Part shown: positions 44,996 through 56,100 of the stretch, piece after piece
Layout: each line of letters opens with the position of its first letter
Numbering within the stretch: position 1 is the first letter of the stretch
IMG/VR virus record: IMGVR_UViG_3300032053_000008
DNA from: a virus
DNA length: 64,000 nt
Strand: one strand, 5' to 3'
Notes under the pieces: generated by a model
Told to the model about the DNA's origin: nothing
Seen by the model: only the letters and a program-made list of their open reading frames with translations
The model's database searches: none
Made by a program: the position numbers and the translations under genes

Positions 44996-47679
44996 TAAAT
45001 TTGTGCCTCAAAAAACGTGTCTGCCCCGTAAATATATACAGCTTCACTGGTAGGCGGATCTAAAACCGAGTCACTGCCTCCCTGATTTCCCCAACCTTGA
45101 TCTCCTGGATAAATAATCTTGATTTCCATTTTGATACCAAGGGCCGTAATAGCTGAAATAACTTCCTGAGCATATATGCGCCCTTGAGCGGTGCCGGTCA
45201 CGAATAATGGAAAATCTTTACCGTCTTCACTAGGAGTGTAGGCATCAGCCGAACTTAGCTGGGTGATGTCTGATCCGGCTTGGTGGTTTTTGGTGTATTG
45301 ATTGCTTGGGTCCAGAAGCACGATAGACCTGGCTCCATCTACCACACCAATAGCATAGCCTTGGCTGGCCGACAATATCGCTGGAGTGCCAGATTGACAT
45401 ACAAAAATGGTTGGCGATGGAGTGCTAACCACTTGGTAAGTTCCATCCATTGCGGTAAGGGTACCGCTAATAATGACTTGACTGTTCACTAGCAATCCGT
45501 GCGGCCCAATGGTATTAACCGTGATCAAAAAACCGTTTTGGCTGATAGACAAAATAGGCACACTGGGCGGACTGTTGAGCGGCTGGACAGCTATGTACCT
45601 AAACGGACCCTCTTCATTGTCCTGGTCAAGGTTTAGCATAAACAAACCAGACTCATTAGGTAATGTGCCGTTTATTTGGATATTAGTTAGTGTTGCACCG
45701 GCTAGTATTGGCTCTCTGGTGTAAGCGTAATGGGTAGTAAGAGTGTAATTGTCTTGGGCATCTGTGGCATAAGGTCCTGGCCATTGGTCTGCTGGATTTT
45801 GGCTATCTGTATCGATAATATTTACCGTAATAGAACAAGTGTCGTCTGTGACTCTGGTGCCAAATGGGTCAATATATGATTTAATTAAATGAGGCTCTGT
45901 ACACACAACAGTAGTGGTAAATTGTTCTCTATGGACCGAGTTTATAGCTATTGACCGAACTGGGGTACTAAAGGTTGCTGTACCTCCTATAGCGGTCATA
46001 TCATAGCCATTTTGCCTGAAACTAAAAGCATAGTCACTAATAACTACAATCTTTTGGTTCCATTCAGCAGTAGTTAAGTCGTTATATACCCACTGACCTT
46101 GCTGGAGTGTGGTGATCGTAAATGGTGTGCCGCCTTCGTTAGCGTCTGGGGTACGTGGGCCAGCAACAAGGTCTGTAGCTGTTACCGTGTCTGATGCTAT
46201 AGTAGTAGACCACCAACCGGCTGAGTTAATCACGGCCTGAACTGCACTAGCCACAACGTTAGCCGGGCTACCAGACACTATTTCAATTTGACTGTATTGG
46301 TTAGCTATAAGTAACATAGCTGCTGGAGGGGTCATGGTTGTGTTGTCTACATCTACCCAAAACCCGTAATAACCGTATTCATATGGGATAAAGAAAAAAG
46401 TGTCTTGAAGTGATCCGCCAACATCAGCTACGCACAAAACTTCAGTTACTTCATGACCTAATGCCGTATTAAAACCAGGCGAAGAGTTACCGGCACTTAC
46501 GTCAAAAGTAAGGCTAGATTGACCAACGTGCATATATGCACCGCCGGGCAGTTCCCTAGAGATAATGCTGGTAGTAGCTGGCAAATAGATTTTTAGGTAG
46601 TCGCCAGGTTCATAAGCTAAAGCGTATCGAGTTTTGTTGTTTGGTACGTTTTTCTTAGGAAGCATAAACATAACGTCAAAATTGGTAGCTTGGATCAAGG
46701 TATAGCTATAATAAGTTGGAGGGGCATTAGGTGGTGGGCTGGCTCCAGCCTGGACCGCGCTAAGTCCACCAGTTTCTTCTACAACAATTTCAAAGTAACC
46801 TGCATCAAGGTTAGGTGCATTTGTTGCAGGTAAAACGTTAACTATGTCATAGGTACCTGAAAAGCCGTTTTGTTCCCACATTGCACCATACATCATAACC
46901 TTGTCGCCAGGTTTAACTGACTCCAAAGCTGGTTTAGTATTACCAGACCATCTAAAGCGCAACACGCTACCAGATGGACGGGTTACCTGCCAAGCGGTAT
47001 CGGGCATAGCTAGTGATGTCGGTCTTATTTGAGGGAATTGTAAATGGGTTTGAGCTTTACCGCCAAGTATGGTGACAGTAGAATAAGGACCTTTAGCTCC
47101 ACCAAAAACTCTAACATATTCTTTTTTGTTGACCAAGTCATAGTCTACATCAGCGTAACCATTTAGGTTTAAGCTATTAATATAACGGGTTATAACGTCA
47201 GCCACTTCTGAAGCAGTAGCCGCAGCAATACTAGCAAAATCACTAGAATAAAAAACCACACTACGAGTAATGCCATCTTCTAAACTAAACAACAGGTCGT
47301 CGCCATCTTCCAGATTAAAAGGGCCAAATAGTGTGGAAGTTGTAAAAGCTCTAACAGCTGCCGGGCCATAAAAGATTTCTAATACAGATTGGATAACCTC
47401 AACAATTTGCTTTTGAGCTGTGATCTTAATACCAAGGCGACGAAAAGCTAGATCACTCATACCAAGTTCTGGTGGACGGGTTATACCTTTTTCGCTTAAG
47501 CGTTTGTCTAAGTATGGGCCAATAGCAGTTGATATGGTTAACTGGTCAGTTACCGATATACTAAGATTTTCTTGTTTTTGGGCTTCATCGGCCAAAGCGG
47601 ACACTAAAGCATCTGAATTAGTCCCAGTGATAAAGGGGGCTATATAGCGTCTGATGTCTATTTCTTTGTTTACACTCAC
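44995..47679 (-). CDS. baseplate wedge-like structural protein
   Basis: TAIGPYLDKR..GITRP..MSDLAFR resembles gpI/wedge N-terminus. Confidence 0.6.
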   Translation of the reverse strand: MSVNKEIDIRRYIAPFITGTNSDALVSALADEAQKQENLSISVTDQLTISTAIGPYLDKRLSEKGITRPPELGMSDLAFRRLGIKITAQKQIVEVIQSVLEIFYGPAAVRAFTTSTLFGPFNLEDGDDLLFSLEDGITRSVVFYSSDFASIAAATASEVADVITRYINSLNLNGYADVDYDLVNKKEYVRVFGGAKGPYSTVTILGGKAQTHLQFPQIRPTSLAMPDTAWQVTRPSGSVLRFRWSGNTKPALESVKPGDKVMMYGAMWEQNGFSGTYDIVNVLPATNAPNLDAGYFEIVVEETGGLSAVQAGASPPPNAPPTYYSYTLIQATNFDVMFMLPKKNVPNNKTRYALAYEPGDYLKIYLPATTSIISRELPGGAYMHVGQSSLTFDVSAGNSSPGFNTALGHEVTEVLCVADVGGSLQDTFFFIPYEYGYYGFWVDVDNTTMTPPAAMLLIANQYSQIEIVSGSPANVVASAVQAVINSAGWWSTTIASDTVTATDLVAGPRTPDANEGGTPFTITTLQQGQWVYNDLTTAEWNQKIVVISDYAFSFRQNGYDMTAIGGTATFSTPVRSIAINSVHREQFTTTVVCTEPHLIKSYIDPFGTRVTDDTCSITVNIIDTDSQNPADQWPGPYATDAQDNYTLTTHYAYTREPILAGATLTNIQINGTLPNESGLFMLNLDQDNEEGPFRYIAVQPLNSPPSVPILSISQNGFLITVNTIGPHGLLVNSQVIISGTLTAMDGTYQVVSTPSPTIFVCQSGTPAILSASQGYAIGVVDGARSIVLLDPSNQYTKNHQAGSDITQLSSADAYTPSEDGKDFPLFVTGTAQGRIYAQEVISAITALGIKMEIKIIYPGDQGWGNQGGSDSVLDPPTSEAVYIYGADTFFEAQI

Positions 47680-47688
47680 GAAATTACC

Positions 47689-48590
47689 TTAGTGTTTTGA
47701 ATTTGAAACACACTTAACGCATTTTTCAAAAAGATACATTGTATTATGAGATACAAATTGATTAGAAAAAGATTGTGTCCATTGTGCCCCGCAACACCTA
47801 CAGCCGCACTTTATGTCAACAGGGAAAATGGCCTGGATCATTGTGCCAATACCTATGTTTCTGTCAGTCAGTATTGTCTGTTGTTTTGGTGGGTTGAGTA
47901 TTGTCAGTAGTTTTTTTAACATTATAGCAATACCCGCAAGAACATTTAAGCCAGCCAAGATTAGCTAACCTGGTTTCTGGGTGGTAGATCATCCACGTGG
48001 AGCACTTAGGACATATCACTTGAGGTCATCGTTTCTAACTACCCTCAGTCCTTTTGGTTTTTTTGTGTCTGGTGGTTGAATTTTATCTAAGCGAGCATTT
48101 AAGGCCAACATTCCACCTGAAATAATTGTATCCCAAGTACGCACCATGTCAACCTCTTTATTATAAACAGCTTCTACTCTGGCGTGGATCTCTTGAAATG
48201 ATCTTAGCCCCTCTTGACTTAGCTTGAGGTTTACACTATATCCACTTGTTGGCTGTTTGTCTTTTTTCTTGAACCAATTCCAAAACATACGGTCCCTCCA
48301 AAGAAAAAGCCTCCCTAAGAAGATTAGGGAGGCAAAAGTAAGCACACGTCTGGGGGTATGTATCAGTCTTTTCTTAAAGGTAAGTTCGTGATTCTTTTAG
48401 TAATTTTGTCAGAATCTCTTATTTCTTCAAACTGTTTAGTTTGCCCACAATAAGTACACTTGAAGTAGGTGAAATGAAAGAGGTATTCCTCTTCCCAGTG
48501 GTGGGTGCACCAACTGGACTTTTCTTCACTGTAGTCACCTTCACTACCAAAACCTAAAGAACCTGTACCCCACCACATATTAGACCTCAA
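47689..48590 (-). CDS. three small hypothetical genes (47689-47922 Zn-finger-like, 48016-48288, 48363-48590 Zn-ribbon)
   Basis: CxxC motifs, RBSs. Confidence 0.55.
48309..48334 (-). terminator. Rho-independent terminator
   Basis: GCCTCCCTAA/TTAGGGAGGC followed by T run on minus strand. Confidence 0.8.
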
Positions 48591-49300
48591 TTGCTTGATT
48601 TTGCTTGAGTTGTCTCTTCTTTAATTTTTTCCAGCTTGGCAATCCGGTGTTCTTCCTGCATGTCAAACATGCTACGGACATAAGCATCAGTTTCTTGAGC
48701 ACCAACTCCACTATTATTTTTCATAGCCTTGAGGGTAGAGCCATTACTGCCACCGTTATAAGCCGCAGATGCTTTTGCTAAATTCCCATTATAAGTGGCC
48801 GCTAGGCCCTTAAAGTGGGTATACCCCAAAAGGATATTGATTTCTGAGTCAAAAAGATCGTCAGAAGTCAATTTACCCATTTTAAGATTGTCAGCTTCAG
48901 CTTGAGCAGTGGCTGGCATCATTTGAGCGATACCTTTAGCTCCAGCAGTGGAAGTTAAATTAGTTCGGTATTGGCTTTCCTGGCACATCAAAAAGATAAA
49001 AGCTTCTTGTGTGCGGCGGTCTCCACCAATACTACCAAGAATACGGTCAATCTGGCGTGACAACATAGCTTTTTTAACTTCACTGAGTCCATTGTTTTTG
49101 CTGCCGGTACATTTTGGTGTGTTCATCATCCATATAGTCACTTCTGCCAAGGTTTCTTCTGGGAGTTTTTCCTCTATAACAACTGTGGGTGCAACAACAA
49201 CACTTTTTTTGTTTATGTCATAGCTATAAATGGCAAACGCTAATAACAGCGGCGATAAAGCCATGGCAGCTTTAAAAAGATTTTTAGTAGAAAGAAACAT
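48587..49300 (-). CDS. membrane-anchored lytic transglycosylase (SLT domain)
   Basis: QES..STAGAKGIAQMMPATA..NILLG..AAYNGG..ETDAYV; N-terminal TM; TTGACT-N17-CATAGT upstream. Confidence 0.9.
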   Translation of the reverse strand: MFLSTKNLFKAAMALSPLLLAFAIYSYDINKKSVVVAPTVVIEEKLPEETLAEVTIWMMNTPKCTGSKNNGLSEVKKAMLSRQIDRILGSIGGDRRTQEAFIFLMCQESQYRTNLTSTAGAKGIAQMMPATAQAEADNLKMGKLTSDDLFDSEINILLGYTHFKGLAATYNGNLAKASAAYNGGSNGSTLKAMKNNSGVGAQETDAYVRSMFDMQEEHRIAKLEKIKEETTQAKSSN

Positions 49301-49363
49301 AACGGTATCTCCTAAATTGTTTCTAAAGCGACTATGCCCCAAAATGGGTCCAAAGTCAATGTT

Positions 49364-49540
49364 TCAGCTCAGAAGCTTGTCCATACAAACGTAACCTATT
49401 GCAAGTATTGCCCCAACTACACTAGATCCAATCAGCTCATAAAAGTAATAAAACCGACCTTTTTTAGTTACAAACAAAAAACGTACCCAATATACCAAGA
49501 ACACTAGACTAGTAAACATTCCCCAGGCTGCTATAAACAT
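49364..49540 (-). CDS. small two-TM membrane protein (58 aa, MFIAAWGMF...)
   Basis: Read manually; GGAG RBS. Confidence 0.6.
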   Translation of the reverse strand: MFIAAWGMFTSLVFLVYWVRFLFVTKKGRFYYFYELIGSSVVGAILAIGYVCMDKLLS

Positions 49541-49647
49541 TATTTCTTACTCCAATCTTTAACTTTACCAGACAACATTAGGCCAATAATTGGCCAGCAC
49601 AACATAACCGACAACGAAAAAGCCAATAAAACTGTTTCTAGTGTCTT
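49540..49647 (-). pseudogene. 35-codon membrane peptide ORF whose start reads AAG instead of ATG
   Basis: Follows a promoter/RBS cassette nearly identical to 7665-7725. Confidence 0.45.
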
Positions 49648-49677
49648 TTTGGTCTCCTTGCGTTACTTACTTAAACC

Positions 49678-49704
49678 TTATCGGCTTTTTTTGCCAAAAC
49701 TTTA
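49678..49704 (-). promoter_or_regulatory. sigma-28 promoter
   Basis: Reverse complement TAAAGTTT-N11-GCCGATAA. Confidence 0.9.
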
Positions 49705-49706
49705 GT

Positions 49707-49737
49707 AAAAAAATAACCCAAGCAAAGGCATGGGTTA
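49707..49737 (-). terminator. terminator of baseplate operon
   Basis: TAACCCA/TGGGTTA stem followed by T run. Confidence 0.7.
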
Positions 49738-49761
49738 CCGTAAAAGAAAAATTCTATAAAC

Positions 49762-50112
49762 CTAAGCCTTAAAACCATCCGCGAGGGCTTGCTCTAAGTC
49801 TTTTTGAGTAAAGGACATTTCATGGCGGTCAATGCCTTTAGCCATATAAAACTTGCGTAATCCGTGCCTTATATAACCAGATGTTGTATCATCCAATATT
49901 TTGTTTGCATAAACCAGCAAATTAGGGTTGTGCCGAAGCATTTCAGTCATAAAAAAGTCTGGGTAAGCCAGTGGCTTAGGACCATCATCCAAAGACAAAA
50001 GATCCATTTCAAGTTTGTGATCTTCCATAAGCTTTTCAGTCATTTCAGATACTTGTTGATCTGTAGCTACAACAGCTTTGTCTTTTTTTTTGCGAGACTT
50101 TTTGTCTGCCAT
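49762..50112 (-). CDS. hypothetical protein
   Basis: AAGGAG RBS, MADKKS start. Confidence 0.7.
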   Translation of the reverse strand: MADKKSRKKKDKAVVATDQQVSEMTEKLMEDHKLEMDLLSLDDGPKPLAYPDFFMTEMLRHNPNLLVYANKILDDTTSGYIRHGLRKFYMAKGIDRHEMSFTQKDLEQALADGFKA

Positions 50113-50121
50113 ATACACTCC

Positions 50122-53100
50122 TTAGCTTAACACACTTACGGTTATATCATTGGTTGGGTCCAAAACCAAGGCCTTTTCGTTATTGGCCACAGCAATCCGG
50201 TCTGCACTAGAGGTATAGGTTGGGAAAGTAATTACCACGGAAGTTACACCTTGGACTTTACTGACCGATTCAATAACCTTACTCAAAGGCACAGACTCAC
50301 CAACACCAAGGCTGTTCACAAACCCAGCCGCAGCAGCTTTGATGTTTTCCCTTACACTACTAAAAGGGATACCAGTTTTGAGACGTACTGCAAGGCTGAG
50401 ATTAACACGTCTGATCAAAGGGGGACTGATGTCAATACTAGTACCAGCCGCTCTTACGCCAGGGTATTGGCTTGGGTTGGTTGGGTCACCGTAAATGACT
50501 TTATTGACAGCTTTAACCAGACCTTCGTAGTTTTTGTATGCATCAATACCAAAAGCTGCCTGGGTGTCGTAGCCGAGTTTACCGATAGCTTCCACGTAAG
50601 CCCCGTTACTGCTAGTAAAGCGGCTAGTAAGGTTTGGCGTATCAAACACCAAAGACTGGGTAGTCGAGCTGCTAGGTCCAGCAGCCAAGATCTTTTTGTA
50701 AGCTTTAGTGGTGGACAATTGTTCCAAATTAACTTGCGGGTAAAAGTCCGCCAAAGTAACGGTTGGATTTGTTGCACTAAACGGCGTCAGATAAATTTGA
50801 GTGGGGCTTGGGAAAGAATAGCTTGGGTTATAAGCTTCATCTTGAACCGTATACCGACCAATGTTAAGAGTACCAAGGATTGGGCCAGACAAAACTAATG
50901 TGTCGCCAGGCATCACACTGTCGTAGCTGTAGCTGTTGATGTTGCTGGCATCACCTAAGGTTACAATTTGTTCAATAAAGTTCGTACCATCTAGGTAAAT
51001 GGTATCTTGCCCAAAGACACGTACAACTTGATGGATACCAGTGTTGCCGCCATTCCATTCCTGGATTTCCCATACTAATACCCATGGGCTACCAAGGTCA
51101 TCTGGATAGTCACCTTGACTTGGAGCAATACCACCCAAACGATAAGCTTTAGATTTAAACGTAACAGTTTGACCTACCAAGTAAGTGTCGGCAAAATCCC
51201 ACACTGTGTCTGGAATAGGCTTAACTGGAGATACAAGACTAGATCCACTAAGAGCAGTGAAGTTAAAGCCGCTATAGAAAACTCGGTCTCCAGCAACATA
51301 AGTGGAGGTGCCAGCCCATGCCAAGGCCGGTACGTTCTTAAGGCGTACCCAGTCACCTTCCTGGACACCAGCTGTACCGAAGTTTACAGCTTGGCCACTA
51401 AGTCTGATCAAAGCAGTGAAGTTGCCTTGTTTTTGGAGCTGGAACACGGTCGTTTCGTCGCTAGTAATAGCTCGAGCAGTTTGGAAAGTACCTGCCCCGC
51501 CAACCAGCTGGAGGTTAGTTACAGCTTGTATACGTAACTGGGTAGATCCATTGAAGCCTAGTTGTTTGTTCTGGAGAACAGTTTGACCAAGCTTTACCCA
51601 AGCTCCTTTGTCAAAACCGTGTCTTAGGTCATATGGAACATTAACCACACCAATCCTGTTTTCCAGCTCACTGCCGCTACCAACCAGGGCAACTATCTTT
51701 TGGTTAGCTGTTCCACCGGCCACTTGAATACTGCCAACACTACCAAATGTGTTGGTCATGATTTGCAAGTTTTGGTCGTAGTCAGCAAAAGACACTTCAG
51801 TCACATTACTGATACCGCTAACTACTAATTTGTTGTAAAAGCTTTGGAGCTGAGTGTTGTTGTAGGCCACAAGTTTAAAGGTTTCGCCAATAGTTGGCAA
51901 AATATTATAGGCATATTGGAGTACGAACTGTGGGTTAGGGCCAATGGCAGCCAGATCAGTCTGATCTACGTAGTTTTCGCCATCACCTAAAGCTAAGTAA
52001 GCGCTATAGCCGGTAAAGGTACCAGCCACTACACTAGTAGAACTTGTGATAGCAGTTACAGCTGTTTGTGTTGTGATTTGCCAAGTGCTTACGGTGAGCT
52101 GCTTGGTGGCCATAACTTCGTAAGTACCGTTATATGCACCAAGGCCGCTAAAGGTAATTTCGCTGCCAGCTGGAACATTAGCATTTACGATCCAATAAAC
52201 TTTTTGGCTACCAGCTACAGTTTTACGGCTTGTCACTGTACCACTTAAAAATCCACCAGACAGTTGAGTATCGAGGGTACTGGTAGCAACTAAGTCGCTA
52301 CCTAAAAAGCCGCTAGTTACCGAGGCACTCAAAATGCTGCTATAACTTTGGGCCAGTGCATCAATAATTTCCTGGCTAGTAGACTGAGCTTCTACGAAGT
52401 TAAGCAAAGCTCCACTAGATCCAACAGCCCGAGCCAAAGATCCTTGGCTTACCAAGCCAACGCTACTGCCTGGAGTAACAATAGCACTTTGGGTACCAGT
52501 GGTAAGCTCATAGAAAAAGGTGAAACTTGATGGGGCAGTCACAGCCCATTGCAAAGGATAAAGATTTGGTGCGTCACCGACAGTGGTAGCAATAAGGGCT
52601 ACATAGTTGTTGCCACTATAACTTACAATATCTGCAGGTGCATAACTGATAGAGTTGTTCCAAGCACTAACCGTAGCATTAACCACGGTGTTGACTGTAT
52701 AGGTATTATTGAAACTTTGGGTTGTAACTACCCACTGCAAAGGATAAAGATTTGGTACGTCACCAATAGTGGTAGCGATCAAGGCACGATAATTGTTGCC
52801 GCTATAACTAACGATACTCCCAGCTGTATAGCTGACAGAGTTGTTCCAAACGTCTAGTGTGCTACCAAGGATAGACACCGGTTGACCTATTGCCAGTCCA
52901 TGAGAAGGTAAAGTTGTAACCGTAACCAAACTGCCAGATCTAACCACAGATACGTTGCTAACGCTGGTGCCAGTGCCGTAAGTTTGGAAGTCAAACCAGC
53001 CGCCAACTACGCTAGGGAAAGTACCGTTGCGCAAATAAGTAAACTGAGTAGGAGTTGGGACAGACTGGACCGTAGCCAAGCCGTTATAGTTAGAGTCGGA

Positions 53101-56100
53101 AAAGTCACTAATTACAACAATATTACCAGCTACCAGACCATGAGGTGCGGTAGTAGTGGCTGTTACTACGTTATTGGTCAGAGCTGCAGATGACACTGTC
53201 CCACCAGGGACGCTGGTAGGTAAACTAACGCTAAACTGGTTAGCGTTGATAACGGTTGGGTAATAAGAGCCATTGATAGGCTGGGTAATACCAGAACTAA
53301 TGGCTGTGTTCCACAAGCCAATACGTTGGCCCTGGACAATGTTGTGTGGGCTAGCTGTAGTTACAACTAAAGTTCTATGAATGTTATATGATTGACCAAA
53401 GGCGATGTTGTCACTAACTACGCTGCCACTTGGCACAACCAAAGTAAAGCTAGTAGCTGTAACGTTTTGCAGTTTAGCTTGAAAGCCTTTGTTGCCACTA
53501 AGGAAATCTAGTGCTGCATCCAGAATTGCTACGTCACCAGTTTGCACAAAAGAAGTCAAAAGATTGGGTGCGGTACCTACTCGGTAGGTATAGACGATCT
53601 GGTCCGCTGCTCCAGGTAATGCGGTTACTTGAGTGGTCCAGCTAGTTGTACCATCAATAGTGGTGGTTCTGGCAGTGGTGACTGGCAAATACACAGCAAT
53701 GTCGGTCATAGAGCTGGTTTTATAGGCCAAATTCAAAGATGTGGCGGTTACGCTAGATGGGTAAAAGATACCAACTCTTTGGCTGTTACCACTTGGACCG
53801 TAGTCTGTGGCCGATACCGTCAAACTGTATATTGAGTCAGTCAATACAGTCTTAGCTTGACGCCAGATTTTCCAGCTATTAAAAGAATAGTCATAAAACG
53901 AAGCTGGATCGTCTAGTGTGAGTGAGCTTTCTGCATCATCAGCTGAAAAACTGATCAAAGTAGGGGTAGCATCAGCGTTAACTGTGATACCGCGAGCTAC
54001 AGGCAAAGTGTAAGTCTTGGTTACTTCGTCTCCGTCAACCACCACTACGCTGGTATCTGTATCAGATAAAGAGTAGCTATTTTGGTAGAAATAGCGGTCA
54101 CCGGTTTGTACTGGAGATTTACCATTAGCCATATAGGTAGGAGGATTAAGTGTAACCAAGTTGGTGGTAGAATCATAGTCACCAACAGATGCATGAGTAT
54201 ATTCACTGGTGTCAATAACTGTGGAATTTAAAGGACTTAGCCACATGCTAAGATTTCCACCGAGATCGGTGAAATCTGCTTGGGTAAAGTTGATACCGTT
54301 AGTTACAACAGGCAACGTACCCCAAGTAAATGATGGCATGCTGTATTGGGTATATGAGTTGGCGATAAAGCCCCGTTGGCTTGGGATGTTTTGCACGATA
54401 CTTGGGGGAATAATACCCAAGGCTTTGCCTGGACTGTCGGCTGCCACAAAAGCCAGTTCACCTTCAGGGCCAGCGGTCTGTGTGTTGAGCCTAACTGTAC
54501 TGCCAATAACCTGAGCCGTCACACCAGACAAACCCGCATTAATTTCTGCTGCAAACTGACTAAGAGTTCCAACACTAAAGCTGAGTTTCTGCAATGGAGC
54601 TAAAGATCTGACAATAACAAAACGATCTGTTGGGATAGTGGTTGGTGCACCAGATCCCGGTAGTCCAAAACCTGTAGCATTGACGGTGATACGACCAACT
54701 TGAGCTGTTTCTACTCGCCAGTACCCACGGAAGTTATATAAAGCTGGGTAGTTTAATTGATCAGCAGCTTCGGTCCAAGCCAAAAACCAATCGCCTGGCA
54801 ACACATCGCCAAAAGCTGTTGGATCTCCAGCTGGGGTTTTAGCGTTAATAGTTAGAGTTCCACTAGTTACAGACCAGTCTATTCTAGTAGTTCCATCAAT
54901 GCCGCTAGACAAAATAGCAGCCGATCCATCAACTACTAGCCAATAATTCCCAGGAGCACCGGGTCCATCTGGGATACTATTAGTAGACACATGGGCTCTC
55001 GATTGAGCGCTACCGGCAAACATGCTCTGACCAGCCGTAAGAGGATCGGTTAGTCCTATTTGGCCAGTTTGACGGTTAAGAGTATAGTCTGACTGGCGAC
55101 CTTGGGCATACAAGCCAGCGCCAATAGTAAACATTTTGTCTTTAGCGGTTCCACCTAAGATAGATATAATAGCCTGGGAAGTGGCCCCTCTTGCACTAGA
55201 AAAGCTAAGAGTTTCGCCAACCACACTGACTACTACGCCAGTCATTAAATAATTCAAGGCTTCAGCCCATACCGTAATACTAGTAAAAGAGCTAACTGTA
55301 GCAGTTATATCAAACTGTTGAAACACAGCTTGAGTTAAAGTTACAGAGATTTCTGGGGTACCATCAACCTGATAAATCAGGGTGTCACCTTCGCTAAGGC
55401 TACTGGACCAAGAACTTTTAACTCTGGAATACAAAGTGGCGCTAGACCCGTCTTCATACAAAAGTGTATCGTTTTTATATAGCAAAAGGGTGTATTGGAT
55501 ATCTGTTGGGAAACTCATAACGGTATTTGCGTTAAGGGTTCCGGTGTCAACTACACGCATTTCGTTTTTGGTATTATCTTTTGGGAAAATGACGATACGG
55601 GTGCCGTTGTCGGCGGTATTGGCCGAAAAGTTGATGTTTGGGTCACCGTTAATGCTTGAGATAACTTCGTAGGAAGTTGCCTTACCAGGGACTCGGAAGT
55701 CTCCTGCAGCAAAGTAATGGGTGGTTGACTCACCTTCGATATCTACCGTAAGGCTGTAATTTTCATACAAATTAAAGGGAGCTTGAGCTAGTGTAAAAAG
55801 TCTTACACTAGCAACTGGGTACTGGCGTAACTGGAGTTCTTGTTCTCCACCTAAAGCTTCACTGAGAACAGTTTCGATACCTGTTTGGCCATATATAGGC
55901 TGGTAGCCAGTACCGTCATCGATAACTAAAGTGGAGCTATTGTTGCTGTATCTTACTACTGCACTAGACTGAACCGTGTTTTGGTCATCTGGGGACGTAA
56001 CACCTAAGGCCGCGTACTTAATAGCAGCTTCGGTACCTTTGGACTTAATTTGTTCAGCTATTTTGATCTTAGACCTGATTGTGTCATCGTCGTCTGGTGG

